This document shows, one piece after another, positions 1 to 12,300 of a DNA stretch of 50,623 nt. Numbering within the stretch: position 1 is the stretch's first letter; each line of letters starts with the position of its first letter. Position numbers and translations under genes: made by a program. This DNA is from Psammoneis japonica. Taxonomy: Eukaryota. The stretch is taken from assembly GCA_008632985.1 (NCBI GenBank), contig QPGO01000057.1:405346-455968 (forward strand). Direction: 5' to 3'. The notes beneath the pieces were generated by a model. It was given only the letters and a program-made list of their open reading frames with translations, was not told where the DNA came from and did not search any database.

Positions 1-596
1 GCTGCAGGTGTGTTGCTGACACATTTTGTTCATGGGAGCACAAACTGTTTGTGGGTCAGTGGCTTGGTTTTGACACTGCATGGCATCTTTCAGGGCTTGT
101 CAGTCATTGCTTTGATGAGTGAAATCAGCAGAATCAAACACACAATTTGTTGAAATGATGCTGTCATGGGGAGAGTGTCGGCCAGACAAACAAAAAATTA
201 GTGTCAGGATGGTGGAACATCAGGGGCCAAATCTGTGAAGGAATCATCCTCTCCCACTGGCAGACAGCCCCAACATGTGCGAGCATGTGACAAATGGGCA
301 CAATTTGCAAACAAATGACTGTTCAAGTTTGCCAATGAATGACTGAGTTTTCAAATCAAGATCTTGTTGACCCAACCAGTGCAGCAAAACTCAGCAAGTT
401 TGCACCCAGCACTGTTCAGTTTGGCAGCAGCTGTCCAAAGTGCATCTTCTGCAATGGAGCGCTGCCATGGAATCTTTCATTGAACAATGAAAAAATCCAC
501 CTGTGGGTTTTCATCTGCCAAACCTCCATCAGCTCCAGCTCACAGATCTTTGCACAGCTTCTTGCCATGTGGTCTCCCTCACAACCCAAGTCATTG

Positions 597-715
597 CCCC
601 CCCCCCCCCCCCCCCCCCNNNNNNNNNNNNNNNNNNNNNNNNNNNNNNNNNNNNNNNNNNNNNNNNNNNNNNNNNNNNNNNNNNNNNNNNNNNNNNNNNN
701 NNNNNNNNNNNNNNN
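597..715. other. Poly-C run followed by an assembly gap (N 619-715)
   Basis: Seen directly in the sequence. Confidence 0.98.
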
Positions 716-999
716 TGGGCTCCTTGAAAAGAACTTGCTGGCTCTTGGCAACAGCCCCTTGCTCTGTCAGCAATGCTCTCAAGCCAATTTGCAATGATGT
801 CCATCAGAGCTGAGAGTCACTCCTTTGTTTTTTGTTGGAAATGGCAATGCTGCTGGCATCAGTTTTGAGTTTTGCATCTTGCTCAACATCAGCTCCCCAG
901 CAGTGCTTGCAGCAAAACTTGTTTTTGTGCAGCAAGCATGATGTTTTGTCCAGTTGTTTTGTGCCAAGCATGAGCACAAAGCTCAGAAACACTTTTTCT

Positions 1000-2500
1000 T
1001 TGATGCAATCTCTCACCTTGATGTGATGTCTCTGCCAACCTTTTGATCATTGGCGTGGAGTTGTGGTCGTGTCACTCTGGGCATTGCCCTGACAACTGCC
1101 AAGCATGTCAACATCCCCAACCTGAAAACATCAAACTCACAAAAAATTTCATTTGCATTTTTGAAAAATTCCCAATGGAAATGTTCATTGCAACAGTCAA
1201 GTGCAACTGCACAGATTTGAACAAAACAGTGCCAGACTGTCATGACTGTTGTTGCACTCAAGTCAAGATCTGAGACACAAAACAATTTGGTCATGGGGCA
1301 ACGGCTGCAAAACGCAAATGAAAAAGGTCTGCTGGCAACAAGCAAGCATGCATTTCAATCAGAGATGGGCTGACACAACAAATCCAAGAGTGTGCACTCA
1401 TCAGGTCAAAGTGCCAAAAACAATGCCCTGTGACTCATGCACCCTTTCTGTTGGAGCTTTGTGACTTGAAGATCTGTGCACACCTGGTCTTGCCATCTCT
1501 GCCTCAGCTCATGGTGTGGCTCACAAACACATTGGCTGATGTCGCTGGCCATCATTGCCTTGTTTCCCAGGTGCAAAAGCCAAAAATTGAGCCCAAGACA
1601 TGCAACTCAACCCAAGCTGCAAGCACAAGCTTGCCACATTGTCCACAATTGCCAGTGCATCCTGCACTGAAACTTTGTCTGTCATGCAAAACCCACCTCC
1701 AACCCCAATGTTCTAACATGCTCCTTCACACAAGTCGCCAGTTGTTGATTTCCCCCTTGCACATCAAGCACAGGAGAATGACACTTGGAAAGCATGCCAC
1801 CCAACAATGTGTCAACTGTTCCACTGATTTCCATGATCCCTGACGTCCAACTCTGCCAACAAATGGCCATTTCAGGACAATCCCTTCTTCTTGGATGTCC
1901 AACTTTGTTGCACTTCCAGCATGCAATCTTCTTCTTCTTCTCACTCTGAGCAAAGCTTGTGCCCTCAAGGTGTTGTTGGTGCCACAGGTGTCTGACACCT
2001 GCAACACCTCTTTGGCTGACTTGGGGCACATGTCAACCCCCAACACAAACTGCCAGTGCAGGTCTTTTAAGACATGCCAATGATCCTTGGCACCTTCCAT
2101 TGGCACCACCACTGACAGCTTGTTCCTTTCTTTGCTCCAGGTGTTGTCAGCATCCTTGCTGAACCCATTTTCCTTCTTGGCAGTTTTTTCTGGGATGGCC
2201 CTGCCACAAAAAAATTTCACCATCTCAACTGTGCTCATGAGCCAGTTGCAACAATCTTGAAGTGTCTCTGCTTCATCTTGGTGAATGAGTGTCAACTGCT
2301 TCCAAGCCTTGACTGCCTGGATGTGTGGGTTTGTCTTTTCATTTGCACCAAAGAAGATCAGCTGCTTGAGAACCAAACACCCAGTGGTGCTGCCACCATT
2401 TCTCTCACTCCTTTGCAACTCTTGTGAACTCCGCCACCCCTTCAAGCTTGTGACAAATGGCCTTTGTGCATTGCACTGCAATTTTGTTGAACACCTTCAC
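1000..2500 (-). mobile_element. Degenerate LTR-retrotransposon (copia-like) gag/pol remnant
   Basis: Zinc knuckle CWKCNKVGH...DCP (~1900). Gag-like segments HQDEAETLQDCCNWL and DLHWQFVLGVDMCPKSAKEVLQV (cf. QDYY and G.D.YP.T..EA). Boundaries approximate. Confidence 0.6.
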
Positions 2501-4637
2501 CTTCTGCATCTTGCAGATTACACTCTGTTTCACACAGTCATTGCATTTGTTGCCCCAGATCAACTTGTTCTTCTTTGATGCAGTGTCTCCTGATGGACAG
2601 CCCATCTCTCTTCTGGCGTGCTCTTCTGCCTCACAGGTGCCAGCACCTGCATCTCCAGCAGCCCAAACATCATTCTTCTGACATGCTTGCTGATCTTCCT
2701 TGCAGCTTCTGTGTGTTCATCTGCCTGTTGTCCCAGCTTGGCAATGGTGTGCTGCACATCCACTCTTTTGTTTAATTGTGTTCTTGCCCATCTTTTCTGG
2801 GACTTGTGTTGGAGTTCCATGGCTTGCCAACAGCACAACCTTGCTGCACCCTCTTCCAACAGACCCTCAACAGCTTCTCCACCAACAGCAAGGCCCTCCA
2901 AAAAAAAAGATTGTCACTTTGCCCTCATCCAGCCAGCTCATTCACTGTGATGCACCAACACAAGGCACACTTTTGGATTGCTGTCAATCTCCCAGCCCTT
3001 TCTGTTAGATTCTCACCAACTTCCCAGCCTTCAAATGACACCACTCCTTTTGAGTGTTGTGCTTTGACTTTTTTGGGCTTCTGTGTTGGAGCTTCACAGC
3101 TTGCCAGCTCGTGTGTGTTTGGCTGGTCTCACTGTCTCCCAACTCATTGTGTGGATTGCAAACACATTGACCCCACTCCTGGCGTGCATTGCACATGATG
3201 CACACATGTAAAATTCAGAACAGTCACCAATGTGCATCATGGGAAATGCTTGTGACGTCTTTTTTGACACAATTTTGTTGTTTGACTTGTCTCTCCACAA
3301 AGCATGTCAAGCACACCAGAAGACAAGGGCAGGATTGGCTTTTGTCAACTGAGACAATGAGAGAGTGCATGACAATGAGGTGCAAAAACTTTGAATCATG
3401 CGGCACTGTCCAGAAACATTTCTGGGTGAGGCAAGCAAAAAATCTGGGTGGTGACAATGATGCTGCACATGAAAATGATGCAGAAATTCACTGAGTGCAT
3501 CACCCACCGTGCACATGTGCAGAAAAAGCTGTGCAAAAGTTTTCCTGCCACAAATGACCAATGTTTGCGCATCAGCTTTAATGAGACTGGTTGAGCTTGA
3601 CACTTTTTTTGCTTTTGGGGAGGAACAACCTGTGTGCCCACTGTGAGATTTGTGTTGTGACTCTGACTGGAGCTTGGTTGCCATGTCAACAAGGTGCAAA
3701 AGCCAAAAAAAGAGCACAAGACCTGCAACTCAATCCAAGTTGTGAGTGTGAACTTGCCACACTTTCCACAACTTTGTCTGTCTGTTCTGTGAAAACTGCC
3801 TCTGACCCCAGCATTCCAACACTTTCTTGCCTCTCTGATGAAGTGGCTTGTGAGACCCCAAGTTTTTAATTTTGGGTGTGCACCCTTGCACAAAGATTGC
3901 ACCCTGGGAACCACAAGTTTGTTGTTGGCACAGCATTTCAAGGGGCCATTTTTCCGACCAGCCAGGCTGGGCCAAGTGGCACACAACAAGTTGCTGAGTT
4001 TTTTTGTGTGTGCAAGAGAGCTGAGGAGGTTGGAGGGCACAAATGAGCCAGTGCCAACAAAAGCACAAATCATGGCAACATGTGATGCCTCAACCTGTTT
4101 CACAGCATGCACTGGCATTGTCATCACTGCTTCAAACTGACTCCAGCAGCATGCTGCCACAAAGAGTTGGGGTGCGCTGTCAAAATCTGAATCACTGAAA
4201 AATCACATCTCAACAAAGAAGTGCAAGCAGGCTCAAAAGCACATGTGAGCCACTTTGAAGCTGGTGCAGCTCTGGGCAAATTTCCAACAAGGCACCAGCC
4301 ACCAGCCACCACCCAACACACCACAACAATGCTGTTGTTTGCTTTGGTGGCACCAAACAGGGGGAGCATGTTCTTGGCAGGACATTCTCACGAAATGATT
4401 GCTCAAGCATGGGCACCAGCTTTGAGGAGGTCACTGGGAGTGTGGAGAAATGAACAATTCTTCGAATCATTGTTCTCTCTTGCATGTGTCCAACAATAAA
4501 AGCTGGCTGGAGCAATGAAACGCACGCGGCGTTCCGCGCACTGCGCACTGCGATGACAATGACCCTGCGCCGCCGACAACACAAACATAACAACTGCATA
4601 GCCAACAGCACCAAGCACTCTCTCAAAAACATCGACA

Positions 4638-5314
4638 ATGCCTCCATTGTTGACTCAAGTTGCACGTGTCTCGGATGGGTTACCTCTGGTAGCCACAGTC
4701 AACACGCAGACAGGCTATTCGATTGGGCAAGAGGAGCAGCGTCAAGCCAAACAAGTCCTTCGTAGTCTGATGCACGGCTCCCCGTCTCGCATGTCGATTG
4801 TCAGTGGCAACAACGTGTTTTATTACATGATTCGGGAAGGTCTTTGCTTCTTGACCCTTACCGAAAAGTCGTACCCAAAACGCGTCGCTTTTCTGTATCT
4901 CGATGAAGTGGCCGATGCGATTCTGGCCGAGTTGCTCAGGGAATTCAACAAGGATTGGAGGTCTCAAGTCGATACGGCGGCAAGGCCCTTCCGATTTATT
5001 CATTACGATCCCATTATACAGCGTATCAGAGAGATTACATGGATGCCAAAGCCGTGTCATCGGGAAATAACAAGTTGCAAGAGGACTTGTCGGAAATTAA
5101 CTCAATTATGCGAAAGAATATCGAGGAAGTATTGAATCGTGGTGAAAAGTTAGATCAGGTTTCGACTGTTAGTAAAGAATTGCAGGAGCGATCCAAAGAT
5201 TTCAAATGGGGTGCCAAGAAACTTACTTGGCAAGCTCGTTTGCAGCAATATGGACCCATGGTGGCTGGCTCGTCCTTTGTCTTGTTTGTCTTGTATCTCA
5301 AGTTCTTTTGGTAA
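4638..5314 (+). CDS. SEC22: Vesicle-trafficking R-SNARE Sec22 (longin + SNARE + C-terminal TM); one apparent frameshift at ~5026
   Basis: ARVSDGLPL, SYPKRVAFLYL, ARPFRFIHYDPIIQR in one frame, then IMRKNIEEVLNRGEKLD and a C-terminal hydrophobic anchor in another. Adding one base at CGT AT_ CAG joins them. Confidence 0.92.
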
Positions 5315-5835
5315 AAAGTACCTTGGAGTAGGCCCTAGGTGGACTCGCTATTGATGAAGAAGAATCGAGGAGCAGCAGGAGTTGAGATGTCTACGCGTCC
5401 ATTGCAAAATTGTAAAATAAAAAGAAACAACTTAACGCACCTCTGTAGATACAGTGCAATCCTGTGTATCCATGTGCTGCCGTCAAGTGTCTCTAATTTT
5501 GGATTGAAGCTCCACAAGATTGATCATTTTATAAAGTTAACCACTTTCTGCCAAATCCATACTACTCTACTCTCTCTTTCTAGCTTTTCGAGCGCTAGAT
5601 TTGGAGACTATTACTTACAGTATTATGCTTTCGAATCACTATACCCGCATTCCGCATTGCAATTTTCTACCTTCGTGTTCTAGCTACGGTAGCACAATCT
5701 TACAAAGCGTTATTTTTAGAGATTATTCGTGATTCTGGTTCACTATAGTACTTCTTATCAACATGCAAGGCCACTACTCGTACGGGTACTCTATTGCGGT
5801 ATATCCATCATACAGCACAAAAGAGCTCCAGTGCA

Positions 5836-7148
5836 CTATGCACTAGACAGTGTCTTCAATTGTTCGTGTTCATCATCAAGATATGTTTCGACATACCGAT
5901 TCAAATACGATGTCCTCAACTTGTCCAAGCTCGCTTTTCAATCTGAGAAACCCGTTGAACGGAAAGATCCATTTGGTTGGCAATATATGCAATGTAGCCG
6001 GTTGTCCCCGTGTACCATCGTTATCTTCTGTGAGACCAAATCTCAATCGAATGAGTTGCAACTCCTTTTGATCGAGACTCTTTGTGAGGAAATCCTCAAC
6101 ATCGTGTTGAATCATGCTTTGCAGCGCCACATCGTCCGGCGATGGTCCCTCGTCCTTAATGACTTCTCGGAGTGGCCCCGATAGTTGCTCTTGATGGACC
6201 CACATTTCGTCTTCACCCTCGTCCATGTACAAATCATCTTCTCCCAATTCGTCTTCGTATTCTCCCTTTGTTTCAGCGTCCCAATCTCGTTCATCCGTAA
6301 AGGTAGGTTTCCCATCAAGCAATGGATCATACACTTCCACAGTGGATTCCACCGAATATGTACCGCGACTGACGAGTTGATAAAACTCGAGTTGATCCTT
6401 GGTCAATCCCACTTTTTGCGCCACTTGATCCAATGTGGTTCCCGTCCCATTCTTCTCCTAGGCGGAGTCGTTCCTTTTGCGCATGCTTGAGTGCCAAATG
6501 CACTCGTGACGGCAATCGAATGGGACGTGAATTCTCGGCTAAACAACGACTCATGACTTTATGAATCGTTCTTCGTGCGTATTTTTCAAACTCCTTTTCT
6601 GGATTATTGTGTTCTTGTTGTTGATTCGTACGACTCGTATTCTGAAAGGTCGCCATGGCATGCATAAGCGCCACAACACCTTCTTGTACCAAATCGGCAT
6701 AGGACATGGCACTCGAGTCCTCCACCATGGCATGACTGGAACTCGATGTGGATGAAAAAGACTTTGTGGAGAGCGACTCGAGCAATTCCCTCGCAATCTC
6801 ATCCACCAGTCTCAGGCCCTTGCGCGTGGAGAATTGGAACTTATGACCCTGGTGATGATCGTGATCCCAATTCCATAAACTCGTCGCCAAGTCGGAACGA
6901 ATATGACCATTTCCATCGTCCAAGATGGAGGCGTACACATTCTTGGTAGTACTAGTATCGTTATTATCGTCATTCTCTTTGTCGAGTGTCTTGGATACAG
7001 AAGAGCCGTCGACTGTTGCAGCAAAAAACAATCGACTACTGCTACTCGTTGTTGTACTTGTTAGTTTCTTTGAAGCATAAGACGAAAACGCTTTACTCAG
7101 TGGTGCAGACACCAATACAAAACAGCTGAATCCCAATACTCTTGTCAT
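5836..7148 (-). CDS. Nucleus-encoded, plastid-targeted sigma70-family RNA polymerase sigma factor; four apparent 1-bp deletions
   Basis: Presequence ...LSKA-FSS; region 2 LRLVDEIA and DLVQEG; SRPIRLP. Region 3 (L)GRE(P)TLDQVA after correction at ~6440-6450. Region 4 IRLRFGL...IANQMDLSVQRVSQIEKRA(L)DKLR read in shifted frames to TAG at 5836-5838. Confidence 0.85.
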
Positions 7149-7696
7149 GGTGGTGATCTATGTTTATAAGGTGTTATCAATTCGGCATGTTTGGCAAGCA
7201 CATCATGTTGTTGCGCGATGGCTGACTCCAGACTTCGCATTGCACCGTGCTTTGCATTTTGTACCAGAATCTATGTTGGATTCTACGTAGGAAATGCTGC
7301 CTTCTGATTGGCAGAGACGATCCGTGCGCCATCTGCCTCTGGTTCATGAGAATTCCAATTGTCTGTGACCTGACTATGCAACGGTTCCCATTTATTTTTG
7401 TTTCTCCACCAATTGTCTGTGCACAGCCTTCGTCAACGCGCATTATCTTCGCGCGCTGCCTTTTCACTCCCCATCGTTCAAAAAGCACGTGGTACACCTT
7501 GACACGGCTTGTGCCGATTTTTGTTCTAAAATCGGATACTCTAACACGGCTTGTGCCAGTGTGTGCCAAAAAATTCAAAGTAAAACGATAGAGAGTATAT
7601 TGCACAAAAATTATTGGAGTGAGACGAAGCGAAACTCACAATGATGCGATGCGTCGTTGTCGTCGCTTGCTTTCCAGCATCAACAACACCAACATC

Positions 7697-8844
7697 ATGT
7701 ATATATTCTTGATTCTTTCTTGCAGTTGGCTTACGCTCTCACTTGCCTTTGATACGAGCTCTCCGGTCATCGGTATTGTATCTCAGACGTATTCTTACAG
7801 CAACAACAGCAACAGCAGCGTCGCACAAAACAAACAAGAATCATCCGTGTATTATTTGATACCCGCATCCTACGTCAAGTGGTTGGAAAGCGCTGGAGCT
7901 CGTTCCATCCCAATACCCTACCATGCTTCGAAACAAGAGGCGGAAGAATATTCTACCAAGTCAATGGACTCTTGTTTCCGGGTGGAGGCAGTGACGTTCC
8001 CGAAGCTGTACAACATTTATGGGACTTGGCCATGGCGAGCAATAAGAATGGAACCTTTTTCCCCATTTGGGGAACATGTTTGGGATTTGAGTACATGATT
8101 CAATTAGCGTCAGGTACAAGCGATAATGACGGGCCATTGAAATCGGGATTTCAAGCCGAAAATGTCAGTCTGCCTCTCCTCTTGTGGTCGTCTACCAATC
8201 GCAACAACAACAACAACAACAACTCTACAGTATTGAAACGAAAGATACTGCGAGGCACCACCACAGCAGCAGCAGCAGTATCATCAAGTCGCCTTTATGC
8301 CAATGACGACATTCAACGCATTGTTACTAGACAACCAGTCACCATGAATAATCATGAACGAGGAGTAGAACCACAAGATTTTCTTGCCAACAAGCGCTTG
8401 ACGGACTTGTTTGTCGTGACGAGTGTCAATCGCGACTTGGCCGGGCGGCCCTTTGTCAGCACCATGGAATCCAAACAACCCGATCTATATCCCTACTTTG
8501 GTGTACAGTATCATCCTGAAAAGAATCCTTTTGAATACGGAACCTATCCAGGCACAAATACTCCGTATCAAGACATTAATCATTCTCCGACTGCAATTCA
8601 ATTCTCGTTGCATTTGGCACAATTCTTTGTCAATCTCACACGACACAATCATCTTGTCAATCAAGATTGTCGTCGTCGTCACGCGTATACTCTTCCAGAG
8701 CGGTATCCGCTGGTCAATTCGTATCAAATGATTTATACAAACATTCCATTTGAACAAGTCTATGTGATTCCCAATAACGACAACGACTACAAGCAGATGC
8801 CTCGTACGGCAAGTTATCATTCCACACAACAAGTTGCGCTGTAA
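7697..8844 (+). CDS. GGH: Gamma-glutamyl hydrolase (peptidase C26) with signal peptide; one apparent frameshift at ~7948
   Basis: PVIGI, IPASYVKWLESAGAR, NGLLFPGGG, catalytic PIWGTCLGFE, NNH, GVQYHPEK. Confidence 0.92.
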
Positions 8845-9352
8845 AAGCAATAGAATTCAAAGATGTCTCTTTCTCTTTTACGTCAAAAGAGGTAAGTTCT
8901 CTCAAGACTGAATTGTAAACACTGCTGGCTATACATACGTACAGAGCCTCAACACCTCGTTTGTGACACGGTCGCAACGCACTATTTATTAACTTTACTT
9001 CCCTTTCCCCCTTGGTACCTGTCCTTCCTTTGTTTCCTCAGCTCTATGGTTATTTGTAGTCCTCAAAACCGGCTTGCACAATTCGGCTTTGTAGGGAAAC
9101 CCAACGCAAAAGCGAAAGGACAGAAGGCGGTGGTGCTGTGGCAGCTAAACAACTCGCAAAAGGCTCTTGCGTTAGATACCTGTGTTCTTATGTGACTGAT
9201 AAACAGAACTGGGAGAGTAGTTCTCTGCGAGCCACTCTAGCTAGAGTAGAGAGGCCCAAAAATCTTTCGCGACACGGGACGCAAAAAGAAGAATCAGTGC
9301 ATAACTTATTAACTTTACTTCCCTTTACCCCTTGACACATATTTGAATCTTT

Positions 9353-12300
9353 TTAAGACGATTCCTTTCCTTCCTTCATTTCCTCAACTAGTTCCTTGTA
9401 GTTCTCATAAGCGGCATGCTCGATTTGTCTTGGCACTCCCATGCCAAGCAATTCGAAGAAGCGACCCGTCCTTTCATCCATTTCATCGTCGGCAGGGCAC
9501 AAGGGTTCTTGCTGCATGTCGGTTACAATCTTTTTGAACAAATCCTCTCGCTCACGGACAGTGTGAAGATTAGGGCAAAGCTGTGTAAAGAGCCGTACAG
9601 TGTTACCAAAACTTAGCGGGCCCAATGCACACCGATGATCGCCGACGCCACCCAGCGTTCGAATCCCCAACGGCTTACTTCCCGTAAGCAGTACCTTGAC
9701 ATTTTCCTTTGTGTTCTGGAAAAGACCACTGAGAAAACGAGGAAACGCTTGCGCTTCCTCGGTACCTTCCAATAGTTCCATTCCATCAAATACGACCAAG
9801 GCTTTTATTGGTTTGAGACAACGATAGATACGTTCAAAGACAACGTCTTCGTCCGCGTCAGGCGAGGGAAGCGTAAAGCTTTCAGTTCGCGCAAGCTTCT
9901 TAAGCAGCGGGGAAAGTAGAGAAGGGCGACGTTTGCTTCTTCCTGTCCTCTTGGCAGCGACAAAGAATATCTTCTGAATTGGAGTTATGGTGTTCCGTCT
10001 TTCGTTAATGTAGTGACAGAGAGCGCAGGCAAGACTGCTTGTCCCGTATCCGGCTGGCGCAATCACACTAACCAAGCGCTTTTCTAATACGTTGCCAAGG
10101 ACTTTGTACATGTCCACCTCCCTCCCAAGAAAGAACTGTGGTGGGGTTGGTGAGGGGTCGTCTTGTATCATATTTCTCACAGACAACTCCGAGCTCCTTG
10201 CCCCACCAGCAAAGTACGAACTCCTTGACCGTGATAAGTGCCTTCTCCTTGACTTCGAACCCATTCTCAAACTATCGACCCTTGGCCATTCATTCAATGG
10301 TCTTGCATTGAAAACTGGAACGTCGTGATCTCCCCCTTCCGGTAGTAGCACAAATTTCTTCATTTCTTCGGAAGCATTCTTGACATTAGGACTCACGCTC
10401 ACAGCCTGACGTCCAAATTCGAAAGAATCTCGTACCGTACGACCAACAGCAAGTGCAAGGTAGAACTGCCTTGTAAAGGTAAGTGCCGAAGCGTCTTTCA
10501 GCTCCGAATCCTGCTGGCAACACACCACATGGGGCACACCAGCATCCGCAAAGGTTTTACCGGCGAGGAAGGAGTGGCAAGCTGAAACAAATACAAACTT
10601 GAACGGGGCCCCACGACTTGACAGGGTCTCCCGCAGCTCTTCAACTTTGACCCATTGAGTGCCACCTCTCCCATTCTCAAGCGGAAGCGCATTGCTGTGT
10701 CCGTGGCCAGAAAAATGAAGACAGCCGTTGTTTTTGGCTACTGCCATTGCAGCGACAAGCCGATCTGAGGTCGCATTGTCAAACGCTAAGTCGATGTCTC
10801 GCTTTGCCTGTTTCAGGCATTGCCACATTAGCTCACGCTCCATGACAAAATCTAACTTGGCAAACGGCTGTGGTCCACTCTGGTTATGGTAAACCAGTGG
10901 AGCAGAAAAGAGAACGGTGATTTTGTTCTCGTTTGGTTTTCGCCAATCAGACTGAGCTGTAGATGCGGTGCCGGTAGACATATTATCAGGTTGCTTGGTG
11001 TCGGGACGCCAGCTGACCGAATCGCGATTCGTTTCATCTACAGCTGGAGGAACCTCTGCAGGCGCCGGCTTAGCAATAGTCGCACTGCTTTCCGATGATT
11101 CTCTTTCTTTTAGGTTTTTCTCTAAAGCAGCTTGTCGCGACAGTAAGACATAACCATCGAGCTTGGACCACTGCGTAGCGGAAAGTGGTGGCGTGTTTTT
11201 GTCAAACCGAAGAAAAGGAACGCCTGCGTGAGATACGGACTGGCTCAATCTATCTAGGCTCTCATTCAAAAAGAAACGACTGAACCGATTGCCGGACATG
11301 TCAAGTTCCGTCAAAGAACTATTTTTTGCAAGGGAATCGCAAAAGGCATCGGAGAAACGTTCGTGTACCCCGTTTTTCATGTCGTCCGCAAGGCCATTGT
11401 CCGACAAATCGAGTGACCGTAGCTTGAGGGCGCTGTTCCTCAGCAAGAGAATCAGAGTGCTTGCCAGTTCACCATCACAAAGGCGGTTCGATGAGACATT
11501 GAGAACTTGGAGGGGGGAGCACCAGCTATTAGCTTCAGGTTCCATTCCACGTGTCTGGTTGCGCCGATGTGTGTCAACGTACTTCCGTAAAACCTTAATC
11601 ACATGGACTCCATCACGAATGCTGTTATTAGAAATATCGAGCTCTTCCAAAATGCAACCCGAGTTTCTCGAATGGGCTAGGTCGAGGATAACTGCACAAG
11701 CTTCGTCGCCAAGACGATTGCCACTTATGTCAAGCGACTGGAGATGTGATAAAGCGGGTCTGAATTGATAGGAACAGAGAAGCTCGAGAAACGGATCGAA
11801 ACCTGTTGTTCCCAACTCGTGTGAGTTACGGAACGACAAGGAACGGAAGGTGCCTTGTTTCTGTCCCAAATTGGGGTCTTCGGTAGTAGGTGAATCACTG
11901 TTGCGCTCACTTGCAGGAAGTTTCCCCATCATGTCAATTATTTCAATGAGTGCCTTTATAAACTTGTCACTTACAATATTGTCGAACGTCAATGACGAGA
12001 TCCAAGGCGGAAGCGATCCAAATAGATTTGCAAGCAAAACTGATCCATCTTCGTCGTTCTCCGCATCTGCTGGCGCGGACCCAGGGCTTCTAGAAAACGA
12101 CAAACTCTGGATATCGGGACACCGGTATAATGCTTGCACCAGTGTTTCTGTGAACTCTCCGGCAAAGCTGCTATTTTGAATCCAAGGGCCCAAAAATATT
12201 CTGCAGAGTCAGTGGCTGCAGAATGTTTATCAATCAACAGAGGCAGTATCTGTCCCTCCCGACGAAACGAAAAATACCTTCGCTCCGGCATGAGTAACGA

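Larger units (their letters stand above)
1..4480. repeat. Degenerate transposon-derived block depleted in both TpA and CpG
   Basis: About ten TA and few CG dinucleotides in 4.5 kb, with strong TG/CA excess. ORFs are almost Tyr-free and Cys/His-rich. Contains a copia gag remnant. Confidence 0.85.

Noticed and set aside
339..813. ORFs with poly-Pro/Gly and X runs
   Set aside because: Artefacts of the poly-C run and the N gap.
3396..4160. Possible gypsy integrase remnant (KLVVP...C..C)
   Set aside because: Too degenerate to assign without a profile search.
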